A stretch of 64,000 nucleotides of DNA. It comes from Podarcis tiliguerta (Eukaryota). Made by a program: the position numbers and the translations under genes. Positions 1 to 14,614 of the stretch are shown here, piece after piece. The stretch is taken from NCBI GenBank assembly GCA_965153285.1, contig OZ229125.1. One strand, written 5' to 3'. The notes beneath the pieces were generated by a model. That model saw only the letters and a program-made list of their open reading frames with translations, was not told the origin of the DNA and did not search any database. Position 1 is the first letter of the stretch; every line of letters starts with the position of its first letter.

Positions 1-3000
1 ATTTTAAATTACATTCTGTCTGTTGCCTCCTAGGATCGGATTAACCTCCATTTTAAGCCCTCTTGTGCCAGAGTTAGAATAACAAATGTGATGTGAACTG
101 ACATCTGGAAAAGCAATGCTAAAGAAATTTCAGCAACATTCTGAAATTTGGTTCTTCCGTGTGAAGGGCTGTTTCACTTGTGGTTTTCTTTTTTTCCTAT
201 TGAGAATTGTTGTTTAGGAAAAGCACACATATAGATGTGTGAAGTTGGTAAGAGTGTGCATTTTTGTGTAAATCAGCATGTGTTTGATTTCCCAGCACAT
301 GCGCTTCTGGTAATAACACTGACTCTCATTGAGTGGTGTGTAGGCACCTACCGGGTAGGATATAAAGCTTCATATAAAATAAGCACAGATTTGTATACAT
401 GTATTTGTGTGTTGTATCTTGATGTAGTAGAGGGGGATGTTTTGTGTGGAAACAACCCTGAGATGATACCCTCAATAAACATGCTTGATTTCAAAATAGG
501 TATAAATAGCAAATGATTATTCAGTGTATGTTTACAAGGTTATGGGGCTGCTTTAAATAAAAGAAAGTTATGCATCAAAATAATGTAGGACTTGTATCTC
601 TTTAGCTGGAAAACACTTCATTTTTTTCTGCCTTGGTGAAAATCCTTAAGGAGGATTTTTATGTAGCAACTCTGACCACCTCCCTCCCTTTTAAAATGTC
701 TTTTAAGGAAACCAAGTAGGATAGTGCTGAAATTTGGAGAGACCCTAACAATTGCATAGGAAAGGTTGTAGTCCATGACACCCTTGTTGAGATGTTAGCC
801 CTGACAGTATCTGTGACCAGGCTAATTGTTGTATCTCAGGACAAGATTATCTAGTAAAGACAATAGAAGGACTTAGTGTGTGTTCTCTTTGACAAATGCA
901 TCACTGGATTTTCAACAGTATCAAACATGATAGCCTGCAGAAATAAATTTAGAGACAATTTTTAGCAGGGGTGGAGGCCCTTTCTAAAGTAGGGTGAATA
1001 CTGTTCACAAATTCACAGGACTCATTTGGCATTGTGTCCAGTGAGACTCCTGATGTCTGTTTTCTAAGCAGTCTCTGCTTGGCACAGTTACTTGGTGGCG
1101 GTATGTAGGTGGCATTTATTTAGCACTTGACTCCTGGCCCCATCATGACCCATACTTGCAGGCAGCTTGTCGGCATCAATGGAGGAAGTGGATGCTCCTC
1201 TTGAGTTCTGAAATTGCAAAATATGTACCAATTTCCCACTCCCAAACACTTGTAATCACAGCGAGTTCTGTGGAAGCAGAACTGCTTGATTTCTTTCTCT
1301 TGCTTTCTCCAGTCTTTGCAAAGGGTCAAAATCTAAGCGGCTACATATAAATAAATTGATTTGAACAGGATTCACATGACTAATAGCAGCAGCAGTAGGT
1401 TGCAGGAGCTTTTTGTGTCTTCATAATATGCTTAACAGGTTGTATAAAAAGAGTTTCAAATTGGAAGCAATGGTGTTGCTCAGATTATTGCAAGCATGAG
1501 AAACTCAAAAGAATCCAGTGAATGGGTGAGAAATGTGACCCCTTTGTTGGCACTTGGTTGCTCTGCAGAGGCTTGCATTGTAGACAGAACAGACTCTCTT
1601 CTTGCTGTGTTCAAGAGGCATTTCATTGATTTCTGTCAAGAAGAAAAGCTTTTCTAAAGTAGTGCTCTTCAGGTCTTGTGGATTATTAAGATCTGTTAGT
1701 GGCCAGTTGCTCTTTCTTTAGGAAACTGGCAAAGAAGGGGGTCTTGCTAGTTCATGTGGCTTCTGATTATAAGTGAAACAGCTGGGTCAGTAACAGATAC
1801 TTATACCAGTTTTTATCTGGCATATAGCCACTTCCATACAATCTGTATTGTTAACATAGATTCCTAGAATTTATTAGTTTCTTGTTCTGATCTGCTATGA
1901 CTTCCCCTCATCTGTCTCCCGATCTTTCTAAAGTTACAAATGCACATTGAGAAAAATGTTGATTTCACCAGTGCCGTAACCTATGAATTGCACTGGGTGA
2001 CCATACTTGTCACTTTTAAAAATGGTGTTGGACTGGTTTCTTAATACTCACAAGGGGTGTCTCTGATCAGACTTCATTTGAAGACCGCCTGTAGAAGTTG
2101 CTGAAACTCCCCCTTTCCTTGAGGTGGGGGGGGGGGGTCATGGTTATTTAACTGGGTTGTGTGCACAATTCATAGTTAAACTCCAATAGCCTTCTAGTCT
2201 ACTGTAAATCTCTCTTCTATACATAGGTGTTAAAATACATGTTGAGAAAAAATGCATGCAAAATAAAACAGCAGCCAGTGCAACCCAATGGTACTGGTTG
2301 CCAGCAAGGGACAGAGAAAATAGATCAGAGTTTAGGAAATACTGAAATGTGTTAGCACATGCTTTATAGTAGTGGTCAGTAGGGAAGATTTTACAAGCAC
2401 ACACACTCACACACTACTAGATATGCACTCAGGAGAAAAATATCTTGGGGTCTGGAAGGCTCAATCTCTAACTTTACAGAAATTCTACAGTCAAAATGGC
2501 AAGTGCAGAATAAGCATCTTGCATTTGATTGGAAATCCGCATTTGTGTATGACTGCAAGTCAAAGGGTTCGTCCTTTTGATCTTAGATTGTATCAGGGTG
2601 AGGTTTTCCCTTCTAAGCGTGAGAACAGTTGCAGTGAAATTATCTCAGTACTCCCTCTGTTCATTCCTGTAATGAAAGTCTTCAAACATCCTTACATGAT
2701 TTGTGTAAGGAAAGACCAGTCCTTTTCTCCTGCTCTGAGAAATATGGGGAGACACATTCAGAAGTTTTCAACACTCTCTTCTCTCAGGTGAAGTGCCTAG
2801 TACCTTTTAAAAATGCAAGAAAGAAAAAACAAGTATATCACTAAATATGTTCTGAGTGTTAAATCTAATCTCTCTTTTGCTGTTTCTCTAAAGCTTATTT
2901 TCCATGCTGAAAAGGCACTTTCACTGGCTCAAAAAGAGATTTATTTTCTGTTAGAAAAAGATTTGGATTTAGCTTTAAATTGTCTTATTCAACACGGCCT

Positions 3001-3308
3001 TAAAATTCCTATCAGCTAAAATAGGAACTATTCTAGAAACATCAAAATAATGCACTGAAGCCCCCCATTGATTTACTTAAATCTTCCTTGTTAGTTACTT
3101 GAGGTATGTGTATCTCAACCACCCTTTCAACCAAAGAGACAAGAGGGGTGGCGGCGGAGAGGTCCTTGCATGGCATAGCTATGCAATGTTAAAAGCATTG
3201 AAGCCAAAGTTGCCTGGGTCATGAGAAACGTGGTACTTCCCAAATCTATGACACTTACATATTTTAGTTTGAATAACTTTATTGGTCTAATTTTTGGATC
3301 AAGTAGCT

Positions 3309-3660
3309 GACACGGGTGACGCTGTGGTCTAAACCACAGAGCCCTAGGGCTTGCCAATCAGAAGGTCGGCGGTTTGAATCCCTGCGACCGGGTGAGTTCC
3401 TGTTGCTTGGTCCCTGCTCCTGCCAACCTAGCAGTTCGAAAGCATGTCAAAGTGCAAGTAGATAAATAGGTGGCAAGGTAAACAGCATTTCTGTGCGCTG
3501 CTCTGGTTTGCCAGAAGCGACTTAGTCATGCTGGCCACATGACCCAGAAAAACTGTCTGAGGACAAATGTTGGCTCCCTCGGCCAGTAAAGCGAGATGAG
3601 CGCCACAACCTGAGTTGTCCACAACTGGACTTAACGGTCAGGAGTCCCTTTACCTTTACC
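3309..3660 (+). mobile_element. Sauria SINE (Squam1), near full length
   Basis: tRNA-like head (acgctgtggt...ggtttgaatccc), core gccaacctagcagttcgaaagc...gtagataaatagg, 3' (ACCTTT)n tail, and TSD tagctga at 3304-3310 and 3661-3667. Confidence 0.9.
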
Positions 3661-4656
3661 TAGCTGAACATATATCTTTATCAAAATACAGTGAGGTAGA
3701 ATCCCAGTGTTCTTTCTACAAAGTTGGGACTTGCATGAAGTATACAGTACCTTTTCACATTTTTCCTGAAATCTTATAAAGAAGGAGATCCCACAGCTTT
3801 TCTACTTGAAAGCAAGCCATGTGGGCTGAAATGCAGAGAGAGGGTTACAGGCTCTATACCATAGAAATTAGCACTCCCAAAGCCTTATTGATCTCAATGC
3901 ATCCTAAATAGACAACTTTATCTGGATTGTGTCTGTTAGTGTAGTGGGCTTTGTTTTCACAATTGCTACTTAAACTGGGCAGAATCTTCTTTCTTGTTTC
4001 AACTAAGCACTTAGTTTAGATAACAGGATGCAAAGTATAAGCTAAAGGTCAGGTTTGCTTATATGTGTTCTCCAACTCAACAAGCAAACAAAAACAAAGC
4101 AGTTTACACAAGACACTCTTCAAAATTAAAGTGTTCACAATTAAACCAGCCAACAAACTTGATAGTATATCTCTGCATTTTTCTATAGAGAGGTGAAAGA
4201 AAATGCTTAGAGAGTGATGGGAGATATCAAGGATTTAGTAACTTTAGTTAAACTGGTGGAATATTTATTGTGTGTGTGCGTGTGTGACAGATACACACAC
4301 AGTGTGCACTTATCAGATTGTCGTGTAATTGTAATAGAACTAATAATCCTGAACCATTTTAGTTTGAACTGTTGTCATGAATCAAACAATAAGCCATTGC
4401 AAAATTATGCTTTAAGGTTGTTTTTTAAAAAAATGTTTTTAAATCTCTCTGTAGGCCTCTGTTACTGTTTTTAATTCTATGGTATCTTTCTCAGTGGTAG
4501 AAGCGTATACACTGCATTCTGCAAATCTTGGTTTCAATTCCTGGTATTTCTCATTAGAATGATCATGCTGCAGGTGGTAGAATCAGTATTGAAAGGGACC
4601 TTGGAGGCAATCTAGTTTTAACTTTCTGATCAATGCAGGATCTGCATTGCTGGACA

Positions 4657-4855
4657 AGAGAACACAGGAAGCTGCCTTATACCCCCTCAGACCAGTGGCT
4701 CATGCAACTCAGTATTGGTTGCACTCACTGGCAGCAGCTCTCCAGGAATGCAGGCAGGTATTTTCTCCCAGCCCTACCTGCAGATGCTGGGGATTCAACC
4801 TGGGACCTTCTGTATGCAGAGCAGATGCTCCACCGCTGAGCCGCAGACCTTCTCT
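4657..4855 (-). mobile_element. tRNA-derived SINE, Squam3-like
   Basis: The reverse complement reads gctcagcggtggagcatctgctctgcatacagaaggtcccaggttgaatccc...ggagagctgctgccagt...tataaggcagcttcct. Confidence 0.75.
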
Positions 4856-7334
4856 TACCGCAGTATTTCTGACAAATGGCCATCCAGCCTCTGCTTAAAT
4901 ATGTCTGGCAAAAAAAGCCACCCACCCACCCCACTTTCCACAGAGGCTGCTGCAAGTGTGAGTAGACTTTATTAGTCCAGACTGATAAATAGGTAAGACT
5001 AAAGATAGCTTCCTAAGTTCTTAGAATGCCAGTGATATGCTTAAACCAAACTATGGAATTAATTTCAATAAGATCCTATGCATAAATGGATTTAAATAAA
5101 GGTTAAATGCAAGAGAGAGATACTGACTGTCCACTGGCAGGTCTAATATTAAGGCAGGAAAAGAGGGGCTTTTAGAACTCTATTCAGGCCTTGCTGTGAA
5201 ACTGACGGGTAGCACACTGAGAAGCGCAAATTACAGTTTTGATTAAATCCTATTGTCTCTTTCAAAAGCAAGTTGAAGCCTTGTTTTGAAGTGCCTTACC
5301 AATTCAGATTTGTTTTAACCTAGATATTTCAAACAAGATTTACATCTAGAGAGTAAAAGTTCTTTGAACGCTTGCTACAAAAATATATCATCCCTCTGGG
5401 CACATGCCATTAAATAAAGATGTGTTCGCTAGTGCACAGGAAAGAAAGGTTTTTAACAAACTGGCACACACATGATAGACAAAAGAATTACTGTGATACT
5501 GATAAAAAGATTTGTGTGTGTGTGTAGATAAGCTTTTAAAGTCTCTTAAGCTAGACTTTGCCCAATCTTTGTGTGAAATTTTCCTTCTCTCAAGGTTTTA
5601 TAAGTGCAATCTACATCTCATTTGGAAGCAGCAAAGCTGCTTCTAGATGACTCTCAGTAAGTGTTCTGAAACTTCCCTAAGTGAAGACGAAAACTATTTT
5701 AAGTTTTCCCAAGAGCAATGAAGTCAAAACTTATTTCTGAAAATGATATCACTTAATTATTAGATTAAATGCAGTGTATTGACTCCCCCTGTTTTGGTTC
5801 TTTAACTTAAGCCATTGTTTTGCTTTTTGTTCTTTTATTGAGTTTTTAAAGCCTGTACAGTACTTTCCTTATGACTGCTTTATCTCTTTTTCTTTCTCAA
5901 ATTTTGCCGCTAATGTTCTCCAGTATGCAACGATGTTACTTTGTAGCTTTACTTTAAAATACTGGTTTTGGACTCTTATAAACAAAAATTTGTAGAATAA
6001 TGATGAAATTAGCACCCCCCAACAGGGATATATGTAACCTTTTTTTTTTTTTTTAAAAAAAAGAACTATTGCAAAATCCATGAATTACTTAGCAGTTTAT
6101 TTTGATAAATTGATATGTGTTAAAAGTATTTTGGGTATTAAAGCTAAATGCTACAAAAATGGGAGCCCAGAAGGAAAAGAAAAGTGATAGCACATCTAAA
6201 TGATAAATCCTTATTTCCCTGAAGAGCCAGTATGGTCTGAAGTGCATTGTTGAATCCTACATTTATTTATTTTTTAGCCCAGACTTTCATACTAATGGCA
6301 CAAAGATCTAAAGCAGCCAGTGTGCCTGGGGATATTAGGGCTGGAGCTTGAATGCATATCCTAGTACCTAGTTCAGCCCTTTACTGGCTGAGCATGGCTC
6401 TCCCTCTGCCCTTGAAAAGGGGTGTGTATACATAGCTCTGGGTGTGTCACTTTTGTATAAGTATATGTCTGGCCTGTGCCACTTTTGCTTATGTTTTCCC
6501 TAAGTTCCTATTAGGTTTTTTTTAATGCTCTAAAATTAGCATTTAAATAGGTAACTTGCATTGTTATGAGATGATTCAAGTGCTGACTGCAATGTTTTCT
6601 TTCTTTTTTACAAACAGTAACTGCTGTAAGCAGTTAGAAAGCCTTTCTGCCACTGCATTCATGTTAAAAATGGCAAATGCCCCTGGGAGTGATGGGACGT
6701 GATAACGTGCCATCTCCCAGGGATGTGAGATGGGGAAAAAAGAGTCTCAAAGATGCTCTGCAAGTGCAATGCATAGGTGTCTGGTGCTGGAGTTGGACTG
6801 CTATATGTGAAATTAATATCTCTACTCAGGAATCAGTTGTCTCAAATGCCTATCCTCTGCATACTTGGGAGGAAATCTCTTTTATGTAAAAAGGGTGTGT
6901 AAGTTCACATTTTTTAAAATACTGGGATTTGAAGGCTGCTTCGGCTTATTCAGTTAAACATTTAGTCTTATCACTGAATTACATGTTCAGCGTTCCCTTT
7001 ATTTCTTTTTCTGAGTGAAATCTGCCCTGTATATCTTCTTAAGAATAAATTCCTTTCTCAGACATAGTAATGACCAAAATAGTGTCATTGGTACCCAGGT
7101 GGTCACAGATCCAGGCACTAATCAGGCCTGATTCAACTTCATGATGTTCATACCATATCCTGGTTTGTGGAATGTGTGTGGAATGCTCTTAAAAAACTCC
7201 AGTCAATATAAGTTATTTGTAAAGAATGCAACATTTTCTGATGCGTTTCTTTTTTTAATTACTCTAATAACGAAGTAGAATTGCAACATCTGAAACTTGA
7301 GTGCTGTATCTAGGGGCATTATTGCTATGTTTGC

Positions 7335-7430
7335 TGTAAAGCAGCAGAGGGTCTTGTGGCACTTGAAAGACCAGCAAATTTGTTACGGCGTAAGCTTTCA
7401 TGGACTGCAGTCCACTTTATTGGATTCAAT
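7335..7430. mobile_element. Penelope-like element terminal fragment
   Basis: gagggtcttgtggcacttgaaagaccagcaaatttgttacggcgtaagctttcatggactgcagtccac. A related piece lies in the opposite orientation at ~46345-46420. Confidence 0.55.
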
Positions 7431-9082
7431 AATTGTTATCCTGAGTTATAGGTGTGTATATATGCATTAGGAGGGCTGGGTAGTGTAAAAAGAGAAGTGA
7501 TTTCAGGGATCCCTCATCACACTTGTTCAGAAGAAATGTAGGTGTGCCTGCCCGATAGAATCAGTTTGACTATAAGCAAAACCAAGCTCTGGCTCCAGGC
7601 AAGCGCACAAGATGAGATGCTTGTTGGCTGAGTTATCTGAAACTAATGCATGATGACATGGGCTGCATGGTCATCCAGAACAAAAATATCAGCTTAGGGC
7701 TACACTAAGACTGCAGGGATGGCGGTGTCAGTTCTGATTCCAATTAAGTCCTTGTAAAGATTTTTTTGCGGATAAAGCTTTCTGCTTGACTGTTAAGGTC
7801 TTTGTTTTGTATACACTCAGGATGTATACACACATTAGATTGGAAAAATATATAGGGAGAACCAGGTTTTTTTTCATGTTTGTTGAAAAGATAGTTATAT
7901 CACAATTGGCTCTGATATGTTTTATTGGACCTGTTGGCCCGATGAACCATTTTTCTTTCTATTTGCCTTAACCTCAGAGGTCCTACACAGCAATGGTTAT
8001 CAAAGTCATCTCAGACATAGCTACAGAGGTGGTAGTGAGATGGCTAGAAATATTGTAGAATTGCCATTTTAAAGTTTAGAAACCAGGGGTCATACCATTT
8101 TATGGCGTTTTCAAATACTTAGAAGCAGAAATGGGAAGGGACATGCACAGAATTCATTCTGCACATTGTTTGCCCTTGATGGGGTTTCATGCATATATTT
8201 CACTAGGACTCTATAACCGAGTGCCAAAAGAGAGCATGTGAAGCTGCCCTATGATGTCTGGGTCTGGACAGCTGTTAGCAATGGAAGATTTCCTTGTGTA
8301 GTCAAGATTCAGAGGGTGGTGTCTTGAGAAAACTACCTCTATATGCAGCTATAATTTCTGGGTGCTACACCTCAATGACTATTTTGGATTATCTGCAGTA
8401 CGTTGTGTGTGCTGCTGTTGAATAGGAATGTGCAGTAAAATTTCTGCAAGGTCATTTCATTGTTGTGAATAGTTAGTTGTGGCTTTACTCTGGTCAGACT
8501 GTGAGCCATATAAATTCTGCATCAACTGTTAATTATGATAACATTATGCAGTTGTGGAGCAATGTAAAGAGTTTTTGACATGTCCCAGCACTCCCTCTAT
8601 TGGGACACAACTGTCAGCTTGTATGCTACTTTCAGCAACATTGGTATAGAGAGGGAGTTCAGAAATACGTCTGAGTCTCCACAAAGATTTTGCACTGTGC
8701 ATTAGTATTGCTGAAGTTTGCTTTTTCCAGATAACATGTTCCAGACTCCTGTACTTACAGGATATGCACACCTTTGCACCCCCCCTCCCCGCACATAACA
8801 TGTCCCGCATTGCTTGTGATTCTATTGTGTACCGTTGAATTGGTCTGCCTTTTCTTGGCAAGTTTGTTACTAGAGTTGATTAACAAAACATGTCCATAGC
8901 TAGCTGTTTCCTTCAGAAAGTTATCTTAGGGTCATGTTAAGAAGTCAATTAATCTTGAATTCTAAACTTGGTACAAAAGCTCCAGAGTGTGATTCTGAGA
9001 CTTTGCTTTGTCAGTACAAATAATACAGTTTTAGGGCAATATTAAGCCACCACATTATGGCACTATTTAATTTATCAATATA

Positions 9083-9273
9083 CAGTCGTACCTTGGTTGT
9101 CGAATGCCTTCGTACTTGGATGTTTTGGCTCCCGAACGCCACAAACCTGGAAGTGAATGTTCCAGTTTGCGAAAGTTTTTTGGAAGCCGAATGTCCGACA
9201 TGGCCTCCATGGCTTCCGATTGAGTGCAGGAAGCTCCTGCAGCCAATCGGAAGCCACACCTTGGTTCTAAAAC
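9083..9273. mobile_element. Tc1/mariner (Tigger-like) non-autonomous element, left end only
   Basis: TA|CAGTCGTACCTTGG terminus. Shares the aaac(c)tggaagt...gttcca.tttgcgaa block with the 48797 element. Internal palindrome at 9211-9255. No right TIR seen. Confidence 0.7.
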
Positions 9274-9560
9274 ATACCATATCTCTCTCTCCTGCCCCCC
9301 CCAATATCTTTCAAAAAAAGAGGAACATCAATGATTTAAGCATTTATTGGTTAGATAAAATAATAAAAAAGCTGCTTTATTTATTTAAGGTATTTTTACG
9401 TTGCTATCCAGCTGAAAAAAAAAAGACTCCCAGAGCAGTTTACAGCAATCAATAATAAGATTGTCCCTGCCCTCAGGCTTACAATCTAAAAGACACAGCC
9501 CCAAAGGAAGGAGAGATTGGGAGGGTAGAGAACTGAAGCCAACTCAGGCACATGTTCAAA

Positions 9561-9753
9561 GGCTTGTGTGCTCCCTATACCTTTTAAAGTACATTTGAAG
9601 CACATTTTACCCCTTAAGAAAGTCTGGATACAGCACTTTACCCCGCACAGAGTTAAAATTCCTAGTAGCCCTTAACAAACTACAGTGCCCATAATTCTTT
9701 GAGCAGGTAAATGTGTTTTGAATGTGCTATAAAATATAGTGAGAATGCAGCCT
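9561..9753. mobile_element. Degenerate palindromic MITE (possibly PIF/Harbinger-like)
   Basis: The arm ctataccttttaaagtacatttgaagcacattttacc pairs with ggtaaatgtgttttgaatgtgctataaaatatag. Confidence 0.5.
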
Positions 9754-10132
9754 TAGTGTAGCTGCCTGCAGCTTCTCCTTCTCTAGCTAATAGATGAGGC
9801 CAGGCTGGTCTGTTTGTTGCCATGATATTTTTCCTGGAAGGCAAGGGGAGCAGCCTCCCAGGGGTCCTTAGTCTCCTGGCTGAGGGCCTTGTTCATGCTT
9901 GTATATTTAGAACTTTTGTCACCCATGCTGTCAACGTGCTGCATATCTGTTGTTCTGGTCCAGGTCTAGTTGCCATGGAAAATGTATTGGGATTTTGAAC
10001 AGAACTTCAGCATATGCATAAACTGTCTTAGGCTGGGGAAAGCCACCTTGAAGGTCCACATGAAGAAATGTAGGATGATAATCATCCAATCAATAATAAA
10101 AAGGTTAAGTAATATGAATATAAGAGCATGAA

Positions 10133-10305
10133 AAGGGCAATAGTTCAGTGGTACAGGTATCTGTGTGCTGGAAGACACAGGTTCAGTCTGCGACATCTCA
10201 AGGTAGAATTGGCAAAAAAACATGTTTGGAACCATGGAAAACTGCTGCCAGTCAGTATTGAGAAGATATTGAGCTAGATGAACTAGTGGGCTGGAGACAG
10301 CTTCA
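10133..10305 (+). mobile_element. Degenerate Squam3-like SINE
   Basis: tagttcagtggtac...caggttcag...aactgctgccagtcagtattg...tgagctagatgaactagtgg, colinear with the 4657-4855 copy. Confidence 0.6.
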
Positions 10306-10464
10306 TCTGCTGGATGTTCCTTTAGTCTAGCATGCGTTCCCACTGAAGGCAATCAGAGAGATGCATCCAGGAAGTTGTTGCTTCCCATCAGTTGGCATTC
10401 AGGGGCAAACTGCCCCTGAAGGTGAATGCTGCATATATCCATTGTGACCAGTAGCCATTAATAG

Positions 10465-10507
10465 CAAACAAAAACAAACAAACAAACAAACAAACAAACA
10501 AACAAAC
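10465..10507. repeat. (AAAC)n microsatellite
   Basis: Read directly from the sequence. Confidence 0.95.
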
Positions 10508-12747
10508 GCATCTAAACAGGGCTGTATGTGCTCTTTAATATTGCCTATCTTGGTAATCCAAATTCACCCGCTGAAAAACAAATCCTTCAAATTGAGATGT
10601 GTAGGATTATTTTGCCTTAGTTGGTTCTGTGTCTTCTGACTGGTGATGACCAGTGGCACTGAAGCCTCTGAAGAGAGTCTTCTTGAGCAACTTTGTGGCT
10701 GGCTTCTGAGTTTCCAGGAGACATTGCCCAGACACTTTCAAACAGACCTTCACAGTCTGACTTACCTTCCCTTAAGAATTTCAGTTGTCTTATCTAAAGC
10801 AATTGTACCAAACACTGGCTTGTGGATTGTCTGGGATTGTGCAGAATTGCAGCAAACACACACTCAGCCCTCAAAATGTAGCAGACCTTTTTTGTTCACG
10901 CACTAACTGTCAGAGAGTATACCTTGTCAGTAGAAAGGCTCATCCACCTGTCATCGCACCATCCCAAGTACCACTTCAGAGAGTGAAGTCTGTGTCTCTC
11001 TAGAATCTGCTCTAATGCCGCCAGGAGGTGAAAGCACCTTCTGCTTCCATCCACAGACCTTGGTTTATTTCCTTTGTTAAAAGAGGCATCTTGGCATTTC
11101 ATAATACACTGGATGCATTTCACCATAGGATATTCAGTAGTTTGGTTAGTTTTAAAGAGACACTGCTAGGTTGATGGCATTTAGTCATGGAAGGTCTGGT
11201 TCCTGCAGGATGTTAACAAGGTATGAAATATTTAAATAGAATGATGAAGAGCCTTTTGGTTACTGAGTATAGAATTGGACTTAGGAGCTGGATGCAGTGG
11301 AGGTTGAGGTAGCCTCAAGCATCATTTAATTAAGTTGTCTGGAGCATTATCATCCTCTTGAGTCTACTCCCATACGGTAGTGGGCTGTGTAGCCCCATAC
11401 AGATATGTTTTAGTATGAGGTTTGCATCTTGCTGACTGGGTTAGTTACTAGTGGCTGTGGTCCATGGCAATAGTACCCAACTCCTTAGCGTGGATCTCTC
11501 TTTCTTTTTCTTTTGCAGAGTTGCTGTGGTGGTCCTGGTGACAGTGACCGTTCATCTGAAAGACACCCATACACCCACACAACCCCCCCCCCACTGTTAC
11601 ACATAAAGCAAATTAAGAAATGGGTCCTCAAATGCATGTTTGGATTAAAGATGGGTCCTGGGTCTGAAAGGACTACTGCTCCAAAATGCTGAAACATTAC
11701 TTGGGTACCGCGTTATAAAAACCCTCCCCCTCCATGGTATATTGTTTTAACAACTTAATCCAAACTACATTTCAGATGGTTGTATGTAAAAATGTAAGCG
11801 TACATCATGAAATCAATGCTTTTGCAGTACGTGGATAAAGATGATGAGAGTTGGTGATAAATAGGAATGGAGAGGAGAGGACAGTACAATGCTGAAGGCA
11901 AGTGAAAAAAAGCAAATAAAAGATTCATTGTTTTGAATAGTTATACAAACAGCATTTCAAGGGAAGCCAACAACAGCTAAGCATGAAAATCTACTGGGGC
12001 AGAGGAGCATAATAATGAGACTGTGGAGCAGTTTCTTTTTAATAGCTTCCAGGTTAAAGGCAGATGAGACAGTTTAGGCCCTTCCACAATCTATTTATTG
12101 TATACATCGTATTAGACTTATTAGAAGGCAGTTTATTGGATTGTGTTTGTCTTCCCCCACACCCTTGTTTAACATGTCAACATTTTCTATCTTCTTAATA
12201 CAAGAGAAAATGTCATTGCTTAATCAGAGGTGCTAACAGTTTTCTTCTGGATGTAAATTTGCTTGTTGTGTAACAGGAATGCATTAGTCTTAGCAAAAGT
12301 ATAAGAAAATGAAAGGCAGCGAGAAGTAGCTCCATTGTTACCACTCCAGGCGTGTCTAATGAATCGTGTTTCCATGTTCCCTCGATCATGCTGCGGAGTG
12401 CCCTTAGCAGGGCTAAGTCTTCTGTAAAATGCTCTTTAAGATTATTGTTGAAAGCACAGAAACGCTGGATGGGTGTTTGGTGGTAGTGGTGGAGGGAATG
12501 TTAATGAGGCAACTGCATTTCAGTCAGTACAGCTGCTGGGATTTCTTGCCATGGCTGGAGCAGCAGTGACAGACAACTGTTCCAGCTCAGCATAAAGCCC
12601 TTTTCTCAGGGACGCAGGTTGTCAGATACTTGGTTGGCAATGCTCCTTTATAACTATACGGTTGTGTTTTGTTTTTTAAAAAACTCTTGTGCTGGAGAAG
12701 CAAAGAAAATAAATGCCTGGCTGGGCTGGGTCTACTACTTAGAAACC

Positions 12748-12789
12748 CATAGAACCGTAGAGTTGGAAGGGACCCGAAGGGTCATCTAG
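12748..12789 (-). mobile_element. CR1 3'-terminal fragment
   Basis: catagaaccgtagagttggaagggacccgaagggtcatctag. Confidence 0.65.
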
Positions 12790-12817
12790 GGATCAGGAGT
12801 AAAAGTAGCCATGCCTT

Positions 12818-12871
12818 CAACAACAACAACAACAACAACAACAGCAACAACCACCACCACCACAACAACCA
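12818..12871. repeat. (CAA)n/(CCA)n compound microsatellite
   Basis: Read directly from the sequence. Confidence 0.9.
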
Positions 12872-13321
12872 CCCCACAGATTTTTGTTTTGATTTTTGCT
12901 CTGCTTGTATTAATGCCCATATGAACTGTATGTGTGCTAGTGGTTTTGTCAATGGAATCGGATGTGGCCTGTGATTTGATGGCGGGTTGTTGTTGTTTTG
13001 TTTGTTTGCATGCATGGGAAGGCCGTGGGGGAAAATATACAATTTTATGTGTAATCATTTTGTTGGATTCAGTGTATGTCTCTCTGTGTTCACACACATG
13101 CTTGTCATCATTCAAGGGTAGGTTTGGTCTTATGTTCATTAGTTCTCATAGCTGTTTTTGAGAGGGGAGACAAAATGAGGACACTTCAGATACGAGTTTT
13201 GGACTGTCTTCTTTTGATGATGAAGGGAAATCTCATAGTTAAAGTTTAAAAGTGTGTCCACTTTTCCTTAATGCTCTAGTCCAGGTTGCGTTGCAAGAGC
13301 TTACCTCTGCAAACATTCATG

Positions 13322-13430
13322 CAGGGATGAGTGGCCTGTGTCCCTCCAGTGGTGTTGGACGCCAACTCCCAACCAGCATGATCAATGGTCATTTGTAGTC
13401 CAGCAATATTTGGAGGACCACAGGTTGTTG
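13322..13430. mobile_element. Degenerate palindromic MITE (same broad family)
   Basis: cctgtgtccctccagtggtgttggacgccaactccc...ttgtagtccagcaatatttggaggaccacagg. Confidence 0.55.
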
Positions 13431-14614
13431 AATTAGAGCTAAATATGTTCTGATAACCATTTTGTCGTTTGTATTGCTGAAAACAGTAGAAGCTGTTACT
13501 ATCTACATGTTGGGAGCTGTGAATGGCATTGCTAGTGCTATAGCAATGTTGAGTGAATGGTGTGCAATAGGCTTCCATTTGTTTCTGATTACAAGCTTAT
13601 TTTTATATTGTGTTTCCCCTCAGATTTAAAAGGCTTTGTGTAGATAGTTGTGCACAACTTCTTTTAAAAAAGAGGTTGTTTCACACTAGCTGGAGGTTAC
13701 AGACTGACCAAGTTCAGTTCAATTTCTTGAGTGTTTTGAGTGACTGCACTGTAAACTGTATTTGCAAGAGTGTCAAAACAAACAGTGCATTTTAGTACTG
13801 ATGGTTTGTGGTTGTACAAAGGAAGATACTTCCTCAGTTCTAAGGAGAACTGATGCCACATTTCTTTAGCTATGACCTGTGTAAGGACATCAGAGCAGGA
13901 AGTATGATTGCACCTGGTATAGTATCAAGTCCATTTAGTCACTAAGGACTTTGAACACAAATCTTACAGGAGAATCAATGGCGATGTAACAATGATCGAT
14001 CAATAGCATTGCATTTAATTAGATATTTTATGGCCTTAATGCAGTATTTCAGAATCAATGTAGCACTGCACTCCTTTGCTGCTTTTTTGTATGTCAATTT
14101 CCAGGACACATTGATACATCTGCATTTGTCACTAAACGGCTTCACTGTAGACAAATTTAATCTAAAATGAAATGAAAGCTTTAGTATAGGCTTTCGGTAA
14201 TTGAATTTTTGATATATTTATTTAATGTAGACATTTGCCAGTGAATTGGATTTTTAAATTGATTTTTAAAAAAGAAAACCAGGAAGAAGTGATACTGTAG
14301 GAAAAAGGAGCCCCAAACCCTGCTTACCACATAACTCCTCCTGTAGTTGTTTACTTCCTTGTCACAGGCACCCTCCTATCTTTCGGTAGAACAGAGCAAT
14401 AAATTGATTTCCAGTCATTTTTAATGGTGAAACAACTAGTATTATCCTATAGAGTATGTTCCCCTTCATATTCACAGTGCCAATATGGTTAGAGTACTCA
14501 ATGTTCAGAGTGATAAGGTTTAATTAGTCCTGCTGTGGGAGGTAGAAAAGCTCTGTATTTTAGCCTTCCTCACATGCATGCAGATTTCTTGTTTAAGGGT
14601 TGAAGTACATGTTA

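Noticed and set aside
4760-4855. tRNA gene (also the heads at 41261 and 58455)
   Set aside because: The A/B-box heads continue into SINE bodies and tails, and there is no complete cloverleaf.
4985-5000. AG|GTAAG recursive splice site (also near 17987)
   Set aside because: There is no upstream polypyrimidine tract.
11494-11545. Strong acceptor-like pyrimidine tract ending TTGCAG
   Set aside because: There is no convincing downstream donor and no MED13L-like translation.
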